Shown piece by piece: positions 1-9,266 of a DNA stretch of 64,000 nucleotides. Each line of letters opens with the position of its first letter. Positions within the stretch are counted from its first letter, which is position 1. The position numbers were made by a program, and so were the translations under genes. A model generated the notes under the pieces. It worked only from the letters and a program-made list of their open reading frames with translations, made no database searches and had not been told where the DNA came from. Source of the DNA: an uncultured Gammaproteobacteria bacterium (GTDB lineage Bacteria > Patescibacteriota > Microgenomatia > Levybacterales > UBA12049); contig CAYWPH010000001.1 of assembly GCA_964460145.1 (NCBI GenBank), positions 26,579 through 90,578 on the forward strand. Direction: 5' to 3'.

Positions 1-779
1 CTGTTACTTCAGTAAAAATTAGTGGCGCAAAACATAAGTTTTCAACTGTCCCTGGCCTTAAAGAAAATATTGTAGATTTTTTACTAAACATTAAAGGTCT
101 TAATTTAAGACTTTTAGACTCCAAAGAACAAAGCACGGTTAAGCTTTCAGTAAAAGGACCAAAAGAAATTACCGCAAAAGATTTAGAACTCCCAGAAGAT
201 GTAGAAGTAGTAAATAAAGATCATTATCTAGGCTACCTAAGTGATAAAAAAGCAAAACTTGATATGGAATTAACAGTTGAGAAAGGAATGGGATATGTAC
301 TCGCAGAAGAAAGAAAAATTGGAACACTTGGAGTTATGCCAATTGACTCAATCTTTACTCCAGTAAGAAGGGTTACTCCAGAAGTTTCAGCAACCCGTGT
401 TGGAAGACAAACAAACTTGGATAAATTAACACTTAAAATCTGGACAAATGGAGTTGTTAAACCAAGAGAAGCATTAGATGAAGCAGCAAGAATTTTATCA
501 GCATATTTTTCCCAAGTTTATCAACCAAAAGAAGTTGCTGCAACTGAATCTGTTAGTACTCATCCTGGAATTGCAGAAGGCGTGTTAAAATTAACAATTG
601 ATGAGTTAGATCTTCCAACAAGAATATATAACAGTTTAAGAAACGGCGGAATTGAAACAATTGGACAATTACTTGATACTCCAAGAAAAGAATTAATTTC
701 AATGAGAAACATGGGTGGAAAATCAATTAGCGCAATAGAAGAAAAGTTAAAAGAAAAAGGAATTAGCTTACAAAGCTAA
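1..779 (+). CDS. rpoA: RNA polymerase alpha subunit (5' part outside window)
   Basis: Motifs DSIFTPVRRV and RVGRQTNLDKLTLKIWTNG, alpha-CTD IDELDLPTRIYNSL; frame open upstream of 264; followed by rplQ. Confidence 0.97.
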   Translation, partial: VTSVKISGAKHKFSTVPGLKENIVDFLLNIKGLNLRLLDSKEQSTVKLSVKGPKEITAKDLELPEDVEVVNKDHYLGYLSDKKAKLDMELTVEKGMGYVLAEERKIGTLGVMPIDSIFTPVRRVTPEVSATRVGRQTNLDKLTLKIWTNGVVKPREALDEAARILSAYFSQVYQPKEVAATESVSTHPGIAEGVLKLTIDELDLPTRIYNSLRNGGIETIGQLLDTPRKELISMRNMGGKSISAIEEKLKEKGISLQS

Positions 780-786
780 TTTTTTG

Positions 787-848
787 TTAAATCTCAAAGT
801 CTTAAATCTCAAAAGCGAAACTAAAGGTTTGAGATTTAAGATTTTTTT
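787..848. repeat. Intergenic hairpin with an internal direct repeat (terminator-like or palindromic element)
   Basis: TCTTAAATCTCAAA (800-813) pairs perfectly with TTTGAGATTTAAGA (828-841), followed by T7; TTAAATCTCAAA also occurs at 787-798. Confidence 0.6.
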
Positions 849-854
849 AGTTTT

Positions 855-1349
855 ATGAAAAAAAGTATATTTGGTAAAAAATTAAAAAGAGATACAAATG
901 AAAGAAAGGCTTTATTTAAAAGCCTTATGACTTCGTTGGTTTTAAAAGAAAGTATAAGAACAACTGAAGCAAAAGCTAAAGCAATAAAACCAGAAATTGA
1001 TAAAATGGTAACGCATGCCAAGAAAGGAACAAATGCTTCAATGCAAAAAATCCACGGAAGTCTTTCGCATATCGCCTTAGATAAATTTATCTCAAACGTT
1101 GCGCCAAGATTTAAAGATAGAAATGGCGGTTATACAAGAATTATTAAACTTGGAGGAAGAGTTGGAGACGAAGCTAAAATGGTAATTTTGGAATGGGTTG
1201 AGAAAAGTGACGTTCCATACCAAAAGCCAGTTAAAGTAAAGAAAGAGAAAAAAACCGTAAAGACAACTTCTAAAACAAAAGCAAAAACTGTTAAGGCAAA
1301 ACCGAAAGCTTTGAAAGCTGTAAAAAAGGCAACAAAGAAATCTAAATAA
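855..1349 (+). CDS. rplQ: 50S ribosomal protein L17 with Lys/Ala-rich C-terminal tail
   Basis: IRTTEAKAK and RNGGYTRIIKLG motifs; lies after rpoA. Confidence 0.97.
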   Translation: MKKSIFGKKLKRDTNERKALFKSLMTSLVLKESIRTTEAKAKAIKPEIDKMVTHAKKGTNASMQKIHGSLSHIALDKFISNVAPRFKDRNGGYTRIIKLGGRVGDEAKMVILEWVEKSDVPYQKPVKVKKEKKTVKTTSKTKAKTVKAKPKALKAVKKATKKSK

Positions 1350-1350
1350 T

Positions 1351-1773
1351 ATGAAACAAACAAAATCAACAAAAATTAGCGAAGTAAAAAGAGATTGGCA
1401 TCTTGTCGATCTTAAAGGAAAAATACTAGGAAGAGTTGCATCGGATATAGCCTTACTTCTTATGGGAAAAAATAAACCAAATTTTGTAAGAAATTTGGAT
1501 ATGGGAGATTTTGTTGTGGTTATTAATGCGAAAGATTTTAAAGTAACAGGTAATAAAGAAAAGCTTAAAAAATATTACAGACACTCAGGTTACCCAGGCG
1601 GCTTTAAATCAGAAACTTTAGGAGATTTAAGACAAAGAAAACCGGAAGATGTTATAATCCATGCAGTTTCCGGAATGCTTCCTCAAAACAGGCTTAAAGA
1701 TAAAATGTTATCAAGATTACGTGTTTTTGGGGAAGAAGAACATACTTTTAAAGATAAATTTAATAAAGAATAA
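1351..1773 (+). CDS. rplM: 50S ribosomal protein L13
   Basis: WHLVDLKGKILGRVAS, YYRHSGYPGG, GMLP motifs. Confidence 0.98.
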   Translation: MKQTKSTKISEVKRDWHLVDLKGKILGRVASDIALLLMGKNKPNFVRNLDMGDFVVVINAKDFKVTGNKEKLKKYYRHSGYPGGFKSETLGDLRQRKPEDVIIHAVSGMLPQNRLKDKMLSRLRVFGEEEHTFKDKFNKE

Positions 1774-1775
1774 AT

Positions 1776-2222
1776 ATGGTAAAAGATACTAAGAAAGATT
1801 TTATATTTACAATAGGAAGAAGAAAAGAATCAGTCGCAAGACTTAGGCTTTATACCAATTCAAATCCGGATTTAGTAATTGGTGAAGAAAAGCTTAAAAA
1901 AGGCGACGTAGTTGTCAATGGTAAAAGGGCACTAGATTATTTTAAAGGAATTGTTGCAAAAGTAAGATTTGAAGAGCCTCTTAAAATTACAAATAATTTG
2001 GGAAAATATATTTTATCTGTAAAAGTAGATGGTGGAGGACAAACAGGACAGCTTGAAGCATTTATCCATGCTCTATCTAGAGCCCTTGCAAGTCTGGATC
2101 CTAAAAATAGACAAATACTTAAAAAACAGGGTTTGCTTACAAGAGACGCAAGAGTAAGAGAAAGAAGGAAAGTTGGAATGGGTGGAAAAGCAAGAAGAAA
2201 GAGGCAATCTCCAAAGAGGTAA
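1776..2222 (+). CDS. rpsI: 30S ribosomal protein S9
   Basis: GRRKESVAR, GGGQTGQ, LLTRDARVRERRK...QSPKR. Confidence 0.98.
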   Translation: MVKDTKKDFIFTIGRRKESVARLRLYTNSNPDLVIGEEKLKKGDVVVNGKRALDYFKGIVAKVRFEEPLKITNNLGKYILSVKVDGGGQTGQLEAFIHALSRALASLDPKNRQILKKQGLLTRDARVRERRKVGMGGKARRKRQSPKR

Positions 2223-2226
2223 TCCT

Positions 2227-2769
2227 CTATAACATCTTCTGCTTAATGGTTTCAATAACCCAAGGAGCTAGATTTTCAAATAACCTTGATTTTTTATTTA
2301 ACAATTCCTGTTTTTTAACTAAAGAAAAACCATACGCAAAATCAAAGTTTGGAGTAGGCAGTTTTTTTACTTTACTAACTAATATTTCACAGACTTCGTG
2401 TTCTGTAAAAATGCTTTTTTTATCTTTTGCTTTGTAGTAAACAGCTCCTAAATTTTTAGGTGCATATAAAAGGTCTTTTTTTGTTATTCTCCATTCTCTT
2501 TCAAGGCATTCATATGTTGCTTCAAGTGTAGTTTGCAATTTACCATTAATATAGAGTTGGTGAGAGGATGATGTTATATCAAATACTCCATCAAAAGCAA
2601 CATGTTTTCTGTGTTGAATAATATAATAGTCTTTATAAATTAAAGCAACGGTTAATGCTTTATGGAGTATGCCTTTCCTGTGAGCTTCCCATTTTTCAAC
2701 CCTACCAATAACATTCCCTTTTTTATCAACCCTAGCTATAATTTGTTTTTGCTTATAATAACTATTCAT
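2227..2769 (-). CDS. idi: Isopentenyl-diphosphate delta-isomerase type 1 (Nudix fold)
   Basis: EKWEAHRKGILHKA, SSH, EHEVC motifs; isoprenoid gene neighbourhood. Confidence 0.85.
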   Translation of the reverse strand: MNSYYKQKQIIARVDKKGNVIGRVEKWEAHRKGILHKALTVALIYKDYYIIQHRKHVAFDGVFDITSSSHQLYINGKLQTTLEATYECLEREWRITKKDLLYAPKNLGAVYYKAKDKKSIFTEHEVCEILVSKVKKLPTPNFDFAYGFSLVKKQELLNKKSRLFENLAPWVIETIKQKML

Positions 2770-2850
2770 GATGGTTTGCTTTTAACTATAAGATATATTA
2801 TAATGCAAAAACCCATATAATCATAGTCCTAGCTTAATAAATATAAAATT

Positions 2851-3624
2851 ATGAAAGATGTTGTTTTAGTGAAATTAGGAGGATCAATTATTACGAACAA
2901 AAAGATTCCTTATTTCGCAAGAAAATCAGTTATAGCGCGTCTTGCAAGAGAACTTAAATCTTCAAGGGAACCAATCATTCTGGTACATGGAAGTGGTAGT
3001 TTTGGTCATACATCAGCCGTAAAATTTGGTGGCAAAAAAGGATACAAAAATGTAAAAGGAATTGCCAAAGTGGCATTTGATGCAATAACAATTAATCAGA
3101 TCGTAATGGAAATCTTAATAAAACAAGGATTACCGGTTGTCTCCTTGCGTCCTATGAGCATGATGCTTGCAAAATCAGGTAAAACTGAAGCTTTATTTCT
3201 TAAACCATTAGAAGAAGTACTTAAACAAGGACTAATACCTGTAGTTTTCGGAGATGTTATCTGGGACAAAAGCTGGAAAAGCACAATTTTTTCAGGCGAA
3301 ACTGTTTTAAGTAAAATTGCAGTTTATCTCAAAAGTAACGGTTTTAAAATAAAAAGAATAATTCAAGTAGGCGAAACTAATGGGGTATATGACCAAAATA
3401 AGAAAACAGTCCCCTTAATTACCAAAAAAAACTGGCCAAATGTTAAGCAATTTATTTTTAAATTAACTACAAATGATGTTACAGGAGGAATGTTGCATAA
3501 AATTGAAGATTCCTTGGAAATGGCTTCTAAGGGAATAGAAAGCATTTTAATAAATGGGAAACTAAAAAGAGAATTATCAAAAGCTCTTTTAGATAAAAAC
3601 GTAAAAGGAACGTTAATTAAATAA
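2851..3624 (+). CDS. Isopentenyl phosphate kinase (amino-acid kinase family)
   Basis: KLGGSIITNK, HGSGSFGH (catalytic His), DVTGGM..K motifs typical of archaeal IPK. Confidence 0.88.
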   Translation: MKDVVLVKLGGSIITNKKIPYFARKSVIARLARELKSSREPIILVHGSGSFGHTSAVKFGGKKGYKNVKGIAKVAFDAITINQIVMEILIKQGLPVVSLRPMSMMLAKSGKTEALFLKPLEEVLKQGLIPVVFGDVIWDKSWKSTIFSGETVLSKIAVYLKSNGFKIKRIIQVGETNGVYDQNKKTVPLITKKNWPNVKQFIFKLTTNDVTGGMLHKIEDSLEMASKGIESILINGKLKRELSKALLDKNVKGTLIK

Positions 3625-3625
3625 T

Positions 3626-4279
3626 ATGTTAGAAAGATCTTTAGACCAAAAAGATACCGGGATTGCAGAGGAAGTTCTTCAAGGTGCAGGTATTGGAGAG
3701 GCAATTATTGTTGTGCATTTTGACCCAGATGCAGGCGGAGAAAGGGATGTAAATCCTAAAGTAGCAGTTGTAATAGAGAAAAAATCCAAACCATCATCTA
3801 AAAGAACTGCAGGTCAAAGATCAATTCCAATAGAAACAAGAAAAGTCGGAGAAGGCCGTGTTGATAACATAAGAGGAGGACTTGCGGAAATGTTCGATGA
3901 TGAAACTTTGGATCAAGTAAGAACAAATCTTTTTCTTGTAAGAAGTGGCTTAGGTTTTACTCTCTGTAGCGGAAATGTCGTCGGGTTATCTGCATTGGTT
4001 TATGATGGTTCTACGTCAACACCTTTTACCCCTATTAATGCAGCAGAGGTAGGTTTTGGTGGGTGGATACCTATTAATGAGTTATTACAGGTAGGGGATA
4101 TAAGGGGAATTGCTAAGGAGTTTGTATTAGCAGCAAGAGATATGGGTTTAATACAATCGGCGTTAAGAGATTTTAGATCAGATGGTTTATCTGCTCCGCT
4201 TTTTCCTGAAGGATTTTCCATAAATAGATATTATCGACAACGAGAAAGAGCTGGAGTAGATGTAAGATTTACTTTATAA
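3626..4279 (+). CDS. Hypothetical protein, possible degenerate Nudix fold
   Basis: 217-aa ORF starting 1 nt after IPK; GQRSIPIETRKVGE...GLAE resembles a Nudix box; looks GC-richer than its neighbours. Confidence 0.6.
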   Translation: MLERSLDQKDTGIAEEVLQGAGIGEAIIVVHFDPDAGGERDVNPKVAVVIEKKSKPSSKRTAGQRSIPIETRKVGEGRVDNIRGGLAEMFDDETLDQVRTNLFLVRSGLGFTLCSGNVVGLSALVYDGSTSTPFTPINAAEVGFGGWIPINELLQVGDIRGIAKEFVLAARDMGLIQSALRDFRSDGLSAPLFPEGFSINRYYRQRERAGVDVRFTL

Positions 4280-4281
4280 GT

Positions 4282-5337
4282 CTAACTTTGCCTTTGCTGT
4301 ATTAGTTCTATAAGTTCTAGCATTTTTTCTTTGTATTTAATTTCAATAAGGGAATTTCCAATCATTTTTTTTGCCTCATTAAAATTTTGGTCAATAATTT
4401 TCTTTCCCGCATCTATAGCGCCGGATTCTAAAAACATATTTCTTATTTCATCTTCTTTTCCCATTATGTTTTTCCCAAAAACTTCACTTAAAAACTCTTT
4501 TTGATTTTTTGTTCCATTTTGTATTACGTAATTGGTAAAAAAGGTATGTTGGTGCTGGGCAATGTCTAAGAGTGGAGTTTTTTGCGTTTTATCTTGATTT
4601 CCAACAATATCTAAAAGATCATCCTGTATCTGAAAAGCCATTCCTAAGTATGTTCCCAAAGCTTCAAACAAATCATCTTGACCGTAATTTGGGTTTGCAA
4701 GTACAGCTCCAATTTGCATTGGTCTTACAAAACTATATCTTGATGTTTTAAGTCTGGTTTTTTCCTCTATTAAATCTAGACTTGGATTATCTCTTCCTAC
4801 CAAATCCACATCAATTATTTGTCCCATAATTACCTCATCGATCATTTTATAAAAATATTGTTTTGTAATTTCAAGATTTTTAAGATTTTTATTTTCAAAA
4901 AACAGATCTGTAAGCCAGGAATAAATAACATCTCCAATAAGAATTGCTTGAGAATTTGCAATATGTTCTAAGTCACCAATTCTTTTTTCTTTTTTTAGTT
5001 TTTCAAATACAAACTCATGTATTGTTTTTTGCCCATGACGAGTTTTACCCTTATCCATAACGTCATCATGAATAAGGCAAAAATTATGGAAAAGTTCTAA
5101 GCTTACTAATATATTCATTATTTCTTTTTCATTATTTCCTCTGAAGGATTTGTAGGTTAGGTAGGTAATGTATGGCCTAATTCTTTTCCCTCCACCGGTA
5201 ATTAAGTTTTTGGAGTACAAAACAAAATCTTTTATAAAGACATCTTTTGTGTTTTGTTGAAATTCTTCTGTTTTTTTATCAACAAAGCTATTTAGTATGG
5301 GGTCGAATATCTCTTTAAACTGTTTTAGATCATGCAT
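4282..5337 (-). CDS. Polyprenyl (FPP/GGPP) diphosphate synthase
   Basis: GGKRIRP, LIHDDVMD and FQIQDDLLD aspartate-rich motifs. Confidence 0.95.
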   Translation of the reverse strand: MHDLKQFKEIFDPILNSFVDKKTEEFQQNTKDVFIKDFVLYSKNLITGGGKRIRPYITYLTYKSFRGNNEKEIMNILVSLELFHNFCLIHDDVMDKGKTRHGQKTIHEFVFEKLKKEKRIGDLEHIANSQAILIGDVIYSWLTDLFFENKNLKNLEITKQYFYKMIDEVIMGQIIDVDLVGRDNPSLDLIEEKTRLKTSRYSFVRPMQIGAVLANPNYGQDDLFEALGTYLGMAFQIQDDLLDIVGNQDKTQKTPLLDIAQHQHTFFTNYVIQNGTKNQKEFLSEVFGKNIMGKEDEIRNMFLESGAIDAGKKIIDQNFNEAKKMIGNSLIEIKYKEKMLELIELIQQRQS

Positions 5338-5356
5338 GTTAAATCAAAGAGTGAGA

Positions 5357-6109
5357 TTATTTACCTTGTCTTCTGCCCGTTTGATAGAAAAATTCAATTC
5401 CTTTAACTACGTCACCATTGTCCATGTCTGGAAAATACTTTTCGGGGATAAAATAAAGCACTGTATTTTTGCCATTAATCCATCCTAAATCTGATGTTCT
5501 TAATTCGGATGTTCTAATAATCAAATCTGCTGATGGAATTACTCCATTCCCGTCTCTTAAGGAATGCAACAGTTCTGAAGTTATTTCAACATTCTTGTCT
5601 AATTTTTTTGCTTTATTTAATATTCTGATCAGTTGGTCTTCTCCACCAAAATCAAGTGCAGCGCAAACTATTTGTCCTGTATTCTTACTTGTTTTTTTCT
5701 CAACGTCTATAATTTTATCTACCAATGTTTTTGGCAACCTATCTCTTCTTCCAAGATGAATAAATCTTGAGTTATTGTCCATTAGTTCGCCAACATATTT
5801 TGTTAACATAAGTTCGAAAAGACTCATAAGTCCTTTTATTTCCTTTTCATTTCTTTTCCAATTATCTGAAGAAAATCCCCAAATTCCTACTATTTTTACC
5901 GGAAGCGGTCTCATGCTTCTTAAAAGTTGAATTATTACATCAAGCCCTTTTTTATGTCCCCAAATAGTAGGTTTTCCTCTCTCTTTTGCATACCTTCTAT
6001 TTCCATCGGGAATTATGAAGATAAACTGAGGAAAGTTTTCTTTTGGAACTTTATTAAGAGCGGGAAACTCGCTGTAAATATCCGTTTTTTTACGCCTGAG
6101 TGAAATCAT
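5357..6109 (-). CDS. uppS: Undecaprenyl diphosphate synthase (cis-prenyltransferase)
   Basis: IIPDGNRRYA, FSSDNWKR, DLIIRTSELRTS. Confidence 0.93.
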   Translation of the reverse strand: MISLRRKKTDIYSEFPALNKVPKENFPQFIFIIPDGNRRYAKERGKPTIWGHKKGLDVIIQLLRSMRPLPVKIVGIWGFSSDNWKRNEKEIKGLMSLFELMLTKYVGELMDNNSRFIHLGRRDRLPKTLVDKIIDVEKKTSKNTGQIVCAALDFGGEDQLIRILNKAKKLDKNVEITSELLHSLRDGNGVIPSADLIIRTSELRTSDLGWINGKNTVLYFIPEKYFPDMDNGDVVKGIEFFYQTGRRQGK

Positions 6110-6163
6110 AAGTAGAGTTGATTATAGCCAAAATGGCCCTAAATTGCAATTTAAATTGGATTG

Positions 6164-6234
6164 TCGGGGAGCCGGGAATTAAACCCGAACCCTACGCACC
6201 CCATGCGCAAATTCTATCGTTAAACTACTCCCCG
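6164..6234 (-). tRNA. tRNA-Pro(GGG), CCA not encoded
   Basis: Minus strand CGGGGAG TA GTTT AACGATA GAAT T TGCGC ATGGGGT GCGTA GGGT TCGGG TTTAATT CCCGG CTCCCCG A folds as a cloverleaf; C1-G72 and A73 are Pro identity elements. Confidence 0.9.
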
Positions 6235-6287
6235 AAATGTTTTTTACACCTTGCATTATAACAAAAAGTTGTTACAATGAGAACGAA

Positions 6288-7370
6288 ATGGCACGTACTG
6301 CAAATCCAACCAAATCAATGCCAAATGGCCAAGCCCAAACCTCAGGAAAGCTTGAAGCAGTTAAGCTTGCGATGGAGCAAATTGAAAAACAATATGGTAG
6401 GGGATCTATCATGAGGTTTGGAGATATTGGGCAAAAACTCGATATTTCAGTTATCTCCACAGGCTGTCTTCCCTTAGATTTAGCACTAGGAGTAGGTGGA
6501 GTGCCAAGAGGCAGAATCATTGAAATTTACGGTCCAGAAGCAAGCGGCAAAACTACAGTTTGTCTTTCAATTATTGCCCAAGCTCAAAAACATGGAGGAA
6601 TCGCAGCCTTTATAGACGCAGAACACGCTCTTGATCCCTTATGGGCTGCAAGAATTGGGATAAAACTTGATGATTTATTAATTTCCCAACCAGATACAGG
6701 AGAGCAAGCTTTGGAAATTGCGGAAAGCTTAATTAGAAGTGGCGGAGTTGACGTTTTAGTAATAGATTCAGTGGCAGCCTTGGTTCCACGAGCTGAGATT
6801 GAGGGTGAAATGGGAGATGCAGTAATGGGTCTTCAGGCAAGGCTTATGTCGCAGGCTTTAAGAAAATTAACCGCTGTTATCTCCAAATCCAAAACAGTAG
6901 TTATTTTTACAAATCAGCTAAGGCAAAAAATCGGAGTAATGTTTGGAAATCCCGAAACAACAACAGGAGGACTTGCTTTAAAATTTTATTCCTCGGTTAG
7001 AATTGATATTCGGAAAATAGAAAGCTTAAAAGACGGAGATAGGGTAATTGGATCAAGGCATAGAGCAAAAATAGTTAAAAATAAAGTATCGTCTCCTTTT
7101 AGAATTGCAGAGTTTGATGTATTTGGAGACACGGGAATTTCCAGGGAGGGCGGAATAATGGACGTTGGAGTTGATATGGAAATAATTAACAAATCAGGAG
7201 CATTCTTTAGATATGGTGAATTAATGCTTGGCCAGGGAAAACAAGCATCAATTTTATATTTGAAAGAAAAACCAGATGTTGCCAAAAAAATTGTTGAGCA
7301 GATAATGACTAAAAGTAAAACCGTGCCTACTCCCGTAGAAGTCGGAGTAGAAGAAGCAAAAGAAGAATAA
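6288..7370 (+). CDS. recA: Recombinase A
   Basis: [31 protein letters not shown]; ATG 6288 follows TGTTACAAT. Confidence 0.99.
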   Translation: MARTANPTKSMPNGQAQTSGKLEAVKLAMEQIEKQYGRGSIMRFGDIGQKLDISVISTGCLPLDLALGVGGVPRGRIIEIYGPEASGKTTVCLSIIAQAQKHGGIAAFIDAEHALDPLWAARIGIKLDDLLISQPDTGEQALEIAESLIRSGGVDVLVIDSVAALVPRAEIEGEMGDAVMGLQARLMSQALRKLTAVISKSKTVVIFTNQLRQKIGVMFGNPETTTGGLALKFYSSVRIDIRKIESLKDGDRVIGSRHRAKIVKNKVSSPFRIAEFDVFGDTGISREGGIMDVGVDMEIINKSGAFFRYGELMLGQGKQASILYLKEKPDVAKKIVEQIMTKSKTVPTPVEVGVEEAKEE

Positions 7371-7380
7371 CCCTTTTTTA

Positions 7381-7857
7381 ATGGAAACTATCGAAAATCT
7401 TCTCAATAAATCCTTTAAATTCCTTTCCTATAGACCAAGAAGTGAAAAAGAAGTAAGAGATTATTTGCTCAAGAAAAAAGCTGATGATTTAACTCTTGAG
7501 AAAATTATTAAAAGACTAAAAGAGCACAATTTCATTAATGATTCAAATTTTACCAAATGGTGGATTGAACAAAGAACAAAATTTAGGCCTAAGGCAGTAA
7601 GGATAATTAAGTTAGAGTTACTTAGAAAGGGAATTGCTAAAGATTTAATAGAAGAAATATTACAAGATAAAACAGTCGAGACAGAAACCGACCTAGATAA
7701 AGCCAGAAAACTTGCAATAAAAAGAATTGAAAGATATAAAAACGAAGAACCTCAAAAAAAATATGAAAAAATGGTCAGATTTTTAGCCTCTAAAGGGTTT
7801 GATTGGGACACAGTTAAAGAAGTTATTGACCAATTAATTCCCAAAAGGTATAATTAG
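7381..7857 (+). CDS. recX: Regulatory protein RecX
   Basis: LSYRPRSEKEV, FIND, FLASKGF; directly after recA. Confidence 0.92.
   Translation: METIENLLNKSFKFLSYRPRSEKEVRDYLLKKKADDLTLEKIIKRLKEHNFINDSNFTKWWIEQRTKFRPKAVRIIKLELLRKGIAKDLIEEILQDKTVETETDLDKARKLAIKRIERYKNEEPQKKYEKMVRFLASKGFDWDTVKEVIDQLIPKRYN
7826..7854 (+). promoter_or_regulatory. Sigma70-type promoter for the 6S-like RNA/rny
   Basis: TTGACC-17 nt-TATAAT. Confidence 0.75.
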
Positions 7858-7860
7858 CTC

Positions 7861-7966
7861 TAAGCAATAGAGCAAGGGCAAAGTTGTTATATGAAAAGTA
7901 CAGAGTTTCCCTTTTCCATATTCCACTTAAAAAGAGCTTAAATAGCTCTTGCTTCTTTATTGTTTA
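7861..7966 (+). ncRNA. Candidate short 6S-like RNA upstream of rny
   Basis: 7861-7879 pairs with 7945-7966 (about 19 bp with a bulge); apical stem 7889-7898/7911-7921; central bubble; starts about 7 nt after a consensus -10; rny synteny. Confidence 0.55.
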
Positions 7967-7972
7967 AAAATT

Positions 7973-9241
7973 ATGGCACAAGATAATCAGGATTTAATTC
8001 AATTAGAAAAAAAACTCCTTGAAAGACAGGAGAAATTGGATAATGAAAAAGAACAGTTAGAAAAAGAAAAAGAAAAGCTTCAGAAAACAAAAGACAATCT
8101 TGAAGAGCTTTTGGAAAAAGTTTCCTCTCTTACCGCTCAAGAAGCCAAAAGAGAGCTTCTTGAGCTTATTGAGCAAAAAGAAGTAGCAACTGTTGCAAAA
8201 ATAATCAGGGAAAGAGAAGAAGAAGCTTTAAAAACCGCAGATAAAAAAGCTCAGGAAATTTTGGTTGAAAGTATGAGGCACGGGGTTTTAGACTATATAG
8301 CAGAATATACTGTTTCTGTTGTAAAGATTACGGATGAAGATGTAAAGGGAAGAATAATCGGAAAAGAAGGAAGAAATATTAGAGCTTTTGAGCAGGCAAC
8401 CGGAGTAGACGTAGACTTAGACGAAGAGGGAATTATCAGGCTTTCATCTTTTGATCAGGTAAGAAGAGAAGTTGCAAGAAGAGCTTTAGAAAAATTAATT
8501 AAAGATACAAGAATTCAGCCTTTTAGAATTGAAGAGATAGTCTCTCAGACAAAGGCAGAAGTTGAGAAAATAATGTTTGAGGAAGGTGAGCGTTTAGCTC
8601 ACGAAGCAGGGGTATATAACCTTTCAAAAGAAATATTATCAGTTTTGGGAAGATTTAAATTTAGAACCTCATATGGACAAAATCTTATCGTCCATACACT
8701 CGAAGATACAAAAATTGGAGTTCATATTGCAGCAGAAATTGGAGCTGATGTAAATATCGTAAAACTAGGGTGTCTTTTCCATGATATCGGAAAGGTAATT
8801 GAAGGAGAGGGAAGTCACGTAAATTTAGGAGTAGAGTTTTTGAAAAAACACAATATTCCAGAAGCTATTATAAACTGCGTTGCAGAGCATCATGAAGATA
8901 AACCATTTTCTTCAGTTGAGTCAGTAATTGTTCATATTGCCGATGCAATTTCTGGAGCAAGACCAGGAGCAAGATACGAAGACATAGGAGAGTATGCAAA
9001 AAGACTTACTCAAATGGAAGAAATTGCCAAAAAATTTGATGGAGTACAAGATGCCTATGCATTTGAAGCAGGAAGGGAACTTCGAGTAATTATTAACCCA
9101 GGAGCTTTAAGCGATGAAGAAACTACAGTTTTAGCAGCAAAAATAAGAGATGAAGTAAGTAAAGTCTTAGCAGTCCCGGGAGAAATAAAAGTTACAGCAA
9201 TTAGAGAATTTAGGGCAGTTTCCTCAGAGTTTTCTTCGTAA
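7973..9241 (+). CDS. rny: Ribonuclease Y (KH + HD domains), no N-terminal TM anchor
   Basis: KGRIIGKEGRNIR (KH), RTSYGQN, LFHDIGK (HD), DAISGARPGAR. Confidence 0.96.
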   Translation: MAQDNQDLIQLEKKLLERQEKLDNEKEQLEKEKEKLQKTKDNLEELLEKVSSLTAQEAKRELLELIEQKEVATVAKIIREREEEALKTADKKAQEILVESMRHGVLDYIAEYTVSVVKITDEDVKGRIIGKEGRNIRAFEQATGVDVDLDEEGIIRLSSFDQVRREVARRALEKLIKDTRIQPFRIEEIVSQTKAEVEKIMFEEGERLAHEAGVYNLSKEILSVLGRFKFRTSYGQNLIVHTLEDTKIGVHIAAEIGADVNIVKLGCLFHDIGKVIEGEGSHVNLGVEFLKKHNIPEAIINCVAEHHEDKPFSSVESVIVHIADAISGARPGARYEDIGEYAKRLTQMEEIAKKFDGVQDAYAFEAGRELRVIINPGALSDEETTVLAAKIRDEVSKVLAVPGEIKVTAIREFRAVSSEFSS

Positions 9242-9266
9242 CTTTCTGTGTTATAATTTCTGCATG
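9219..9266 (+). repeat. Repeat unit copy 1 (rny 3' end + extended -10 + ATG)
   Basis: TTTCCTCAGAGTTTTCTTCGTAACTTTCTGTGTTATAATTTCTGCATG. Confidence 0.8.
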
